Shown here piece after piece: positions 53,504-64,000 of a stretch of DNA of 64,000 nucleotides. Where the stretch lies: positions 310,001 through 374,000 of the forward strand of contig NW_026782563.1 of assembly GCF_031769215.1 (NCBI RefSeq), read 5' to 3'. The DNA is from Ylistrum balloti. Taxonomy: Eukaryota. A program made the translations under genes and the position numbers. Numbering within the stretch: position 1 is the first letter of the stretch; each line of letters opens with the position of its first letter. Below the pieces are notes generated by a model that saw only the letters and a list, made by a program, of their open reading frames with translations, did no database searches and had not been told where the DNA came from.

Positions 53504-56500
53504 ATGATCATGAAGGCATTGCTGATAAACTGTTTCATAGTTATTACGTCTGCTACCATCCCGAGACCAAGAGGAGTAGCCGATTCAAGTAATGCTTTCG
53601 CCCTGACTGTCTCAGTCATGACAAATTGAAAATAGCCATGGTTTATTCGTTGGGGGTACCCCCCCCACCCACTCATGTCATCCCTACAAAAAAAATCCTC
53701 GCTAAACACACAGTAATCGGACGTTCTATAATATGTGGACTATAGATACCATACTAATACAATAGCAGGAACGGACAGTTGGGACCAACAGGTCTTAAAA
53801 TATCGCAGACGAATATACTCGTTAATCTTTCGAACACAATGCATTGACCACATTACCTTGATTGAAGTGTATTTGTGGACTTTTTTTTAATATACCCTGA
53901 TATTTTCTAAGTAGCAAAAATTAGGTTTTGATAAATGATCAATGCAATGACCTAAGTTTGGTTTGTGTTTAAAATGAAGCTGAGAAACGGATACTCCAAC
54001 AATATTGGAGGTTTAGTATGGTGTGAAAGTTTTAACAGGCATCATGTTGAAGATTTGCCAATGCAGCTGGTAGACTAAGACCACTTATATGTATAAGAGT
54101 AAGAAATAAACTAGGCATATTGTTATGAAGTGGTTATGTCCACAGGCACTTCCCCAATACTGCTCTGGATGACATGTGCCAGGACTCATATAATGTTCAG
54201 TGAGGTAGATACCAGCTACAGAATCTATTTCTGTACCATTAGTTGGATTTTCTACCACTGATGAAATCTAACAACACTGCTTATTGTAAATATGTAGTTA
54301 TACTAGATCTATGCATTTCCAAGGGGGACTTTGAGTCATTCCAGAACTAACCATTAATCCCCTTTACAATTTCACCATTGATTAATTGGTTTCATTTCTT
54401 AATGAATTTTCAATTAGTTTTGATTATCAGCCCATAACCTACTGTACTGATGCTAAGCCAATTAATTAACACAATAGTTATATTGGGAGAATGGTCAGTG
54501 ACACAAAGTCTATTTACTAGGAATTGGAGTGAACAAAAACTATCCTGGCTGCCCAAGGGCCTTTCAATCTCAAGGCATATACCCTACCACTACACTAAAA
54601 CAAAATTTCTATTAGCCCACTCTCTAATAAGGTCACTTGTAGACTGTGTTATCATTTTATGTCTTCAAAAGACATTTATGAGACATCAGAGCCAGAGAGA
54701 GACAGAATAAAATGATGTATGTCATACTCAATGCCACCTCATGACTTCATGTGAGAAAGAAAAAAATGTTTCTTTGGGCATTACAGCAGATGATGTACAA
54801 TGTGGAGATTTATTATTGGTAATCAAGGATTTCAAATTTTCTTAAACCTATGGATGTTTGTATGATGGATGTCAATATGTGTATAACCTCCGTAAATTAG
54901 CTGATTCTATTGTTCAGATGGACTAGTAAGTGACAATTTCATCAGCACACATCATTATTGAGAAAGAAAAGAAAAAATAATAATAAAAACGGTTTAGTAT
55001 TGGAGATCTATTAATTCCTATTTTTAAATTGTTTTTTAATTGACTGAAACACTTTTTCATTTTTTTAGATGCATCCCACTATCAGCCTAACAATGAAGGT
55101 GTGTTTGTTTGTATTGATGGCTCTCAGACTTTCCCGTATTCCTATGTGAACGATGACTATTGTGACTGTGCTGATGGATCTGATGAACCAGGTAAATTAA
55201 TTCTTTTGTGTAAACTGCACTAGTTAAGTCAGACATTTGTGATTGGATTAATCAGATTGTGGGGCATTATTTACAATTTAAGATTTCTGCTGTCATTTAA
55301 ACCCTGGTTTAACTTGGGCATTTGGTGTCCTTTTGCAATCTGATGCTCTGACCAGGATTTCAACCAATGGTTGCTGATTCCATCTTTTTACAATACAGAG
55401 TTATCTGCTCTTTTGAGCAGGTATGATTGTTAAGATGTACTAGGATATTTGTGTTAAATTGCAATTTTTAAGTAGATTATACTTAATTTTTGCTGAATTG
55501 CTGTCAAGAGAATAACAGATACCAAATTGTAGTGCATCTGATACATTGTGATATTCTCATAAATCAAGTTTATATATTAATTTGCTCTTTTCCATTAACA
55601 CACATGAAAGGTTGATTGCCTCTCATTGTTATGTGCCAGATCTTCAAGGCGTGGTGAACTTTTTAAAATAATTATATTATTTTTAGGTACATCTGCTTGC
55701 CCAAATGGCAAGTTCACTTGCACCAATGCCGGACATCGACCACTGATAGTTCCAGCTTCCCGTGTCAATGATGGTGTTTGTGGTAGGGAGATTTGCCATT
55801 TCTAATTGTTGAAGATCTTCAATGAAACTTTTATCATTAGCATTTTTATAGTGATTTATTTCATCTGTTAAACTGTTCGATGGTAATCATTGTAATTAAG
55901 GAAGTTTCAACAAAGTCAAGTTAAACATTCAGTACAAAAGAATTAAGTAAAAAATGTGATCAGTTCATCTCAAATTGAAAAAGGTTACTCTGAATTGAAT
56001 TTTCTTGGTTAAAAATCACGATACTCAGGGTTTTCCATAATTTTGTTAGTAGTAGGCTGTGTAGTGAAAGTAGGAGGCTGGCCTGCCGTGTACATGTAGT
56101 CGTGTACGGAACATTCTTACGGAACTGGATTGGTATAGACGGCCAAATGATCAAGGCTTTTATGGAAAACCCTGATACTACTAGCTTCATACATGTGATT
56201 TTTGTTTATAAACAATATTTAAATTCAATTCTGTGATCTATATCAGTATATTCTTTGTAGCACCGGAATTAATACATAATTATTTTGATATTGTAGACTG
56301 TTGTGATGGAACCGACGAATATTCAGGAAACATAGCCTGTGTCAACACTTGTCAGTAAGTTTGTAGTGACCTTTGCAGATTTCAAGGGTATTGAAGAGTT
56401 TATTCCTACTCTGTTCAGAATTGATGTCTTAACTTATATTGAAAAGAAAGTAAAAGTTTATTTGACAATCTAAAAATTGGCATACCACATCTTTACAAAT

Positions 56501-59500
56501 GCATATCGGTTTGATTTGCCATAAAATAATTGAAATGTTATAGGGACAGGTTTGTACTGCAGTTTAGATGTTGGGAACAACATCAAGAATGTTATAATTT
56601 TATATTTATAGAGAACTTGGGAAGAAACACAAAGAGGAGGTGGAGCGTATCATGAAACTACAAGAAGAAGGCATAAAAAAGAAGAAAGAATTTGCTGAAA
56701 CTGGCAAGAAGATGAAAGAAGAAAAAAAGGTCACTTTCTTGATCAAGATAGTTGATTTTCTATTTTAGCCTGCATAGCTGTATAAATGTTGTCTGTAAGC
56801 TGCATAAGTAATGGCCATCCTTGTTGTTCTTTGTATTGTTTGGTTGTGTAAAGCTGCGTAGAGTAACTTTAACCAAAGGATCATAGTTTTTTGTTTTCCT
56901 TTTTCTAGGCCAGACTTGAGCAATTACAAACAGACAGAGAATCAGCTGAGGCAGAACGCCAGGAATTGGAAAGTATGTCTAGTGTTTAGAACTGCTGAGA
57001 ATTTGTTTTAAAAAACCATGCTTATTCATTGGCATCTAAAAATTCATTGATCATAAACCAATTATTGATTACAATTTTGTACAAATTAGCGTTCTACTTG
57101 CTGAAGTTTGTCCAGTTCTACTGTAATATACATAGATAATGGAGAGTTACTTCCCCTTACTCAAAAAAGGGGAAATTGCCTGATCTCCATGAGAATAGTA
57201 CAGAACAATCAGAAATTGATAATAATACATATTGGTCGAAAAAGGAAAATGTTTTATCTGCTGAATGCTATGCAAATTTCTTTTTGAAGAGAAGTAAAAT
57301 TTCTACCTCTGTTACAGCCAAGAAAGAAGAAGCTGAAGCTCCTGAGAAGGAAGCAAAAGATAAACATCAACAGGCCTGGGATGGTAAGCAATGCAGGGCT
57401 CTCGATCTACCAGATTTGGGGCCGATATTTGGCCCCATTCCCAATGCAAAATAGTATCTTTTTTCCCAATTTAGACTCCCAAGTTTTCCCAATTCTAAGG
57501 AAAATGCAGCTATTTTTCCCAATTCTAAGGGCCCGGGGCCCGGGGCCCCAGTCCCAAAATGGGGTGTGAGAGCCCTGCAATGAATTCTGATTATATATCT
57601 CATATTATAACTTGGGGTAAAAAAAGAGCTGTTCTTGTGCATGTTTTTTTACATACTCATTAATTTCTGAAAACTGCACAACTTACTTGACAATTTTCTT
57701 TTGTCATTATCAGATTTTATAATATTTATATTTGTAATGTTATTTCCTCTTTGAACTAGTTTTTTATAGTAGATGAGTTAATACAGTATATTGTATATTT
57801 ACATGCAGAAGAGAAAGCTCGTAGATCAGCAGAAAAAGAGGCAGCTGCTGCCTCAACAGCCTTCCAGGAACTGGACTCCAACAATGATAACTTGTAAGTA
57901 CCACATGGGGGACAAAACATTCATATACCAATAAAATTCATGAGTACTCTAATTACACTGCATTAAGTTTCTAAGTAATGTTGAACATGATATAAAACAA
58001 GAAAAAAAACAAGTCTGTGTTATATGTATAACTGATAATCCATGTTCAAGACAATTTTGTTTGGATATGAAATGATCCCAGCTTTCATGGTGATGAATCC
58101 ATGATAGTTTTGGTACATATGATGCTCTGAACGGATACATAATCTTTTTGACATATAGAAGAACACTGATCTTTTAATCATGGTCAAAGAATCTTTTGAT
58201 ATGGAGTATCAGGTCTTTACATAGTTTCTTTTGTGTTTTAACAAAATTGAAAATAGGTTAATGAAATAATTACAACCTGGGTTGTTTACTGTTGATATGA
58301 AGGAATGCTTTTTACTAGACTTAATACCTGTACATATGTTGCCACAGTGTTGATGTCTTAGAGATGGTCATTCACAATGAGTTTGATATTGACTCCAATG
58401 GTGTGGTCAGTGAAGAGGAAGCAAAGGTAATTATGATATCAGTAGATCACAGCATTATTAACACAAGGACTTAATTTATGTAGATCTAACAGCAAAATAG
58501 TGATCACACAGGAGGTCTCCAGAAATGAATAATTTCTATGCATTGTGATCATTTTAGAATATGTAAGTGATATTGTATTGTTTGAACTTAGTCATTCTTC
58601 TTTGTTAATTTGTTGCTGGTGTTATAGCATTTGCCATTAACCTGATGTCAAAAATCTGGGCGTTAATAATGATGAAACTAAAACAAATCTTCAAAACTGC
58701 CAGTGGTTCATTGGCTGTTGGAAATCAACCTTGAAAACTTCAGAAATTATTTTCTTATTGTTTTCTAAAAGGAAAATGTTTATAAGGCAGAGAAGACAGA
58801 AAAAAGTACACCAGTATCTTAAATAGGTAAATTAACTACCAAAATTTATGTCTTTTTTTGCCTTTTGTTTTCTTAAAGGAACATCTGGAAGAGGCAGATA
58901 AAGTAGACATGGACACATTTGTTTCCAAAATCTGGCCAAACGTCAAACAAATCTACAAACCCTTGGTTCCTGAAGAAAGTCAAGCTGATGGGGAGGCCTC
59001 ACCCCCAGCAGACTCACAGGGAGAGACAGCCACTCCCCCAGACGAGGAAGCTAAAGTGAGTGTGTCATCAAATGGCATTTTATACAGCATTTCTCACCCT
59101 TCCTTCACTATTCAGTTTGTCTTTTTTACTTTTTTGGCTAAAGTATTGTTCAATCCTGGTAATACTTTTCCTTTTAGAATTTGTAACTGTTTGAGCAATA
59201 TTCATAAAGTCAGAGTAGTTTTTTATTTTCATTTTTCTTTAGAGATTGAGGTTGTTTATATCAGGGGTGTACAATTCCGCTAGCCCAACGCCCAGGACTA
59301 GCTTGTGGGCTAAACCAGCATTAAAAGCCAACCTATTTCTGTACATATTTCTGATAGCTGTACATGTGATAATTGGTCAGTGTTGTAAAATATTACAACC
59401 ATCAGTTCCATCAGTTCACTAAGTTTTTCAAACATCACTGTTGGTTTTCTAAATAAAATATTTCAGATACATGAAGATATGTATGCCTTAAAGATGTTTA

Positions 59501-62081
59501 CATTTCTCCATACTTTTTGTCAGCTTTACACTTGAAAGATTGGAAATTTATATATAAAAACATCACACAATTTCCTGTAAGAAATAAAGTAATGTTCATT
59601 TCATTAATATTAGCACAATAGTTCAGCTCCAATGTGTACTTTATTGCCATAAGTGTTTCCCAGTGGAAATGAAATGGGAGAATAAAGTACACATATCTTG
59701 AGAGTAGTAGTTCACAGTGACTAGGTAAATTTCAACTTGCTGAAAACAGAGGCTAGTCAATAAAATTGGTTGTATTAAAATTCTGCACATCTTGACTTAG
59801 ATTTATGAGTTTACTTTACAATTAAAGTATATTTCAGTTTGCTGAACTTTGATATGATTGAGTCTTGGTATTTAACTGTTAGAAAATTTAAATTTACAAT
59901 GCAGTATGTACCAGTTCAATAAAATTCATGTGTTCCAATGGTAAACATTTATATTGATTTATTTCATGTTAATTATCAACTTATTGCACAGAAACCAGAC
60001 ATCTATACCTGTTTAATACTTTATTCAACAACACAGATATGACTAATTCTATTGGGGAAACAGTAAATGATAGAAAAGCAATAATTAGCATTTAGCAATA
60101 ATAGAAAAATTGCTAAAGTTGGGCTAGTGGTTTTGATCAGGGCTAGTGAGAAAAAGTGGCTTACTAGCCCTTGGGCTGGTGGAAAATTCTCATAATTGTA
60201 CACCCCATTATATAGTGTAAAATATAAATACAAGACTATCAAATAGACACAAATTTGTTTTATATACATGTACTGTTTCTGTATATTATGGGAAATTGTT
60301 TAATGAATAAATAAACATCTTGTATTGGCTAATCATTAAATGTTTCTAAACATAATGACTTATCAACATAAATTTTGTGAAAGCTTTGTCCACAAACATT
60401 ATCTTTTATTTTATGTATAGTGTAGAAGAATGTGTTAATAATAATGTAATAAGCTTTGATAAAATGTCAGTGGCTGTTTTCCTGGAAGTTGTTGAATCAA
60501 TTGAACCTTAGAGAAAATGACCAACACATATCTAGACCAAGGGTAACCTCTTGGGATACTCAGCCAAGCAAATTGAGGGGTCAAATTGGCTATCACAGAT
60601 TCTCAGAATTTCTGCAGTTAACAAGGTGGATTCATCATTGTGCACATATTTGCTTTTGAAACTGCCTCAATATTTATTCTAAATATCTGAGTACAGCCCT
60701 ATGTAAGATCAACCTTTGGTATGTCATTGTCACCAAAAGTTTTGATAGAGAAATGTTTTTGAATGCTTGTGAACTTTGATAGGTCAGGCCTATGTAGTCA
60801 CTGATGAGATTGTTTACCAACAATGAATCATACAATTACAGTTCATTTTTAAAAGTTTACCATTTTTTGTCTGCCTTTTTGTTGCGGTGTAACTTTTATT
60901 TGGTTTTAATTGATGAGTTTATTTTTTATTATTGGTCAATGTTTATCCTTTCATTGTATGCATCTTGACAAAAATATATACATCATGTAACTCATAACAT
61001 TTTCATCTCTACACTTACTCTGATTTCTCCTAAACTAGTGTCATGTTAAGTAGAACAGCACCAATTAAAAAAATAGAAAGATTTAATAATCCCTCCCAAT
61101 TTAACTGTTTATTAGTCATTATATTGCAGTATTTGTCTAGTGACATTATATTGCAGTATTTGTCTAGTGACATTATATTGCAGTATTTGTCTAATGACAT
61201 TATATTGCAGCATTTGTCAAGTGACATCATATTGCAATATAATTTTCAGTATCACAATATATTGCAGCAACTTTCGACAACTGTTTGACAGAATTAACCA
61301 CAGAACTTTGGATAAGTTTGCAGAGAAATTTTGTTGAACCTCAAATTCAAAATGATGCAGATTTCAATACATAACTGTGTTAAATTCAGCTAGTGCTCTC
61401 TTGTGTACACTTTTATTTTGCAAAAATCATTTAAGTGTACTGAAGTACAATATCTCATGATATATCCCAATATTCCTTTGAATATCAGAATACAAAAACT
61501 ATCTGAGATACCCTCCCTTAGAAAACTGTTTGTCTGGGAATTCCAACTTCACCTCAGCAGAATAGTAGCGATCATTTTCATCTGAACATATTAAGTTATT
61601 TATAAGATACTAATTTTAGCTGTTTTATTCTAATTATGGTATCTGTACAGTCATCAATCTAAATTTGTGGAAACATATTGGGGAGTATGGTGCCAATATG
61701 ATCTGTATTGATCCATATGACCCTCCTTTTATTTTTCTTTGCTTCTTTTGGTGGGCGTTGCACTTAGCTCCGGCTTTAGAGTAGACTTAGTGTGCTTGAA
61801 AACTGAATTTCTATTAGAGCAAGTGCAGTGATATGTCTTGGAAATCATTGACCTGTTTGAATTGAATATGTTTGTACATTAGATATTGTGAATTTAACAC
61901 AATACTATAAACCTAAGTATAGATGGGTGGGTCTGATGTTGAGTTACCTCCCTTGTAGGACTCTCCCAACTCCCTTCCTCCCCCTCCTCTGGACCCTGAG
62001 GATGAATATGATGAAGAGGAGGAGGAGGAAGAGGATGAGGAGGATGAGGATGACATGGATGATAGGGATGATTATCATGAT
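53504..62081 (+). CDS. PRKCSH: Glucosidase II beta subunit; continues beyond the right edge (MRH domain and ER-retention signal not in window)
   Basis: Exons 53504-53588 (signal peptide + PRPRGV), 55069-55191 ([16 protein letters not shown]), 55687-55782 ([11 protein letters not shown]...SRVNDGVC), 56297-56354 (DCCDGTDEY), 56612-56729, 56909-56972, 57318-57383, 57809-57893 and 58348-58426 (EF-hand-like [23 protein letters not shown]), 58879-59055, 61959-62081 (Pro then acidic tract). All in frame with GT-AG. Confidence 0.94.
57394..57577. mobile_element. hAT-like MITE, 184 bp, with a 5-bp TSD
   Basis: 10-bp TIR CAGGGCTCTC / GAGAGCCCTG. CAATG is duplicated at 57389-57393 and 57578-57582. Internal ttcccaatt repeats. 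Confidence 0.8.
59262..60207. mobile_element. Non-autonomous hAT-like element, ~950 bp, in a PRKCSH intron
   Basis: Left end CAGGGGTGTACAATT; right end AATTGTACACCCC with damaged terminal bases. Subterminal ctagccc/gggctag repeats. (T)TATAT flanks both sides as a possible 5-6 bp TSD. Confidence 0.6.
61117..61240. repeat. 27-bp tandem repeat, ~4.5 copies
   Basis: cattatattgcagtatttgtctagtga at 61117, 61144, 61171, 61198 and 61225. Confidence 0.9.
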
Positions 62082-64000
62082 GTGAGTATAAATGCCACAT
62101 TCCTGTTTGTGCTCATAAACATGTCCGATGTCTAAGCTGGCTGCATGTCTTACTTTTTACAAAAATGGATGTTACTGTTTGTTTGGAATGATTTGTAGTT
62201 TTCTCCACTCAACATAACACATTATTTCCCACTGGCACAGAGGTCTTTTTTCACTTGAATGGACAGACATTTTAAAGATCTAATGACTTTTTCACAGATC
62301 AAGTCCAGAAATCTAAATCTAAATTACATCAAAAATAGTTTGATGTCTAATTCTGAAAACCTCCGTCAAGTTGATATAGGATATTCCGACATGATACTGT
62401 TCTGATTACTCTGTTGCTTCGTTTCTGCTTTTTATGTTTGAGGCTTACCCCTCAATTCTGTTTGTTTTGTGTGGAACAGACTACTTAGTTAGTATGAGTT
62501 TGCCCTAATATTGAGTGATGTGTCTATTGCATTCATACTGTTACGTTGTTAAGTGAATTATGGTCCAATAATTTCAGTATAATCACATCAGGTAAAATTA
62601 TTCCCAGGTAATGATAAACAAAACATATATACTTTACACAAAAAATCACTGTAGAGGGGTGTCTAAAGTAGTCAGTAGTGTAAACAAATTGTTCAGTTTC
62701 TTGTAAAATAAGGTTTACAATAAGCATAGGAGAAAGTTGCCTGTCAATACATGTAACGTTGCCTCTATATATAACATTATCTGGCCTTCCATTTTATCAT
62801 TAGTCTGTTCCTAGTACTGTCACACCATTACCATTCATCTCAGAGGAAGGTACTTTGGTAACAACTGACTCCCCTACTAACAACATACAGGTAATCCATC
62901 TTAACAGGTGTTGGCATAAATTCCTCTCTTAATACAGTTTCCTGACCTGAGTTTTATTTTCTAAACTCATGTATTGGTACTTTCATTAGAACTTGCATGT
63001 AATTAGATGCTAATTTCCCAGTTTTATACTTTTATAGAGAGAAATACAACTGAATCAGTGATTTTTTCTTCAATTTTTCTAATGATAAATCTTGACACAG
63101 CTTGATTTCCATTTTTCACATTTATTTATCGCTGGTGTAATTTAGGACCCTTTAGTGCAAGAAGCCATTGACAGAGCAAAGGCAGCTATTGTGCAAAATA
63201 AAATATTGGAGAATGAGGTATTGGTTTTAAATCTTATGATCCTTGTGTCTGTTCATGATGTATGTGTTTCCAGAGAACAAGTGTATCGTATCAAATGTTT
63301 ATGTTGAAACCTGTACAAATTGAAGAATTGCTTGGTGTTTGTGTTCCTCAGCGAGTAAGGGCTAAATAATTGGTGGTTGGAATTATCCTATTTTATTTTT
63401 ACTTCACATCTAACAACTTTCTATGCATATATAAATTTCCAGTTCTATTTCCTTTGAATAAGTTATGTCATTATGTGGTTAACTATTTAACTGATAGACA
63501 ATGGGGTAAGATAGCTAGAGAGTAACCTCCCTCATCAGATTTGGGTAAAGCTCTGAAAGCAAATAAATGTGTTGACATCACATTTTGCCCATTTAGTAAA
63601 CTCATTTAGGATTCTTTTGAATCTATCTTGAAATCAAGGTTTTGTTAAGCAAAATCCACTTTGAAATTTTAAGATGAAATTGTCATGTACTGCTGCACGT
63701 TTTCACATACCATTAAAATGAAGAGATAAATTTGCAGAATAATTATATAAAACATGACAACAAGAAGTTGAGAATTGGAGGGGGGGGGGGGATTATGAAA
63801 TTGTCTTCCCTTGTCCTTGACCTTTGTGGCTTTGGTAACAATTTGCAAAATGACCTTGATCTTAATGGGTAAGATAATTACATAATGACCTGATGGTTTG
63901 TGGTGATGGTCAGGTGTGTTTGTTGTCCACACCTAAGATCGCAGAGCTGTCTATAATATCCACAAAAATATTTGTGCCACTCTCAAACATCTCTATAAAT

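Noticed and set aside
54450-54710. ORF containing LPKGLSIS as the PRKCSH first exon
   Set aside because: It has no compatible donor. The true signal-peptide exon with PRPRGV is at 53504-53588.
61030-61337. Repetitive ORFs on both strands (and ORF 34117-34317)
   Set aside because: They are by-products of the 27-bp and 48-bp tandem repeats, whose unit lengths are multiples of three.

Overview
AT-rich, intron-rich animal genomic DNA; the repeat content suggests a bivalve mollusc (inference). Hand-splicing recovers four multi-exon genes in two head-to-head pairs. Pair 1: a CENP-C-like gene (minus, ATG 14525, runs off the left edge) and HAUS3 (plus, 15297-24653, complete). Pair 2: GAK/auxilin (minus, 32896-52265, complete) and glucosidase II beta/PRKCSH (plus, from 53504, runs off the right edge). 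Main observations: (1) the CENP-C-like gene has a tandemly duplicated, phase-symmetric three-exon cassette, giving two copies of the Mif2/Cnp3-type N-terminal motif (LKNKNIGxRTGKD...NxxGxxNxEDYxSES); (2) one of its introns holds a nested transposon stack, a hAT-type element with a perfect 8-bp TSD interrupted by a 6.25-kb PHIS-superfamily element that sits between AAA and TTT without a TSD and encodes an intact, spliced DDE+SWIM transposase. Also present: several MITEs, HINE-like and SINE-like remnants, and a 67-bp minisatellite with a 4-unit higher-order pattern. All calls come from reading the sequence and recalled family motifs; no database searches were run.
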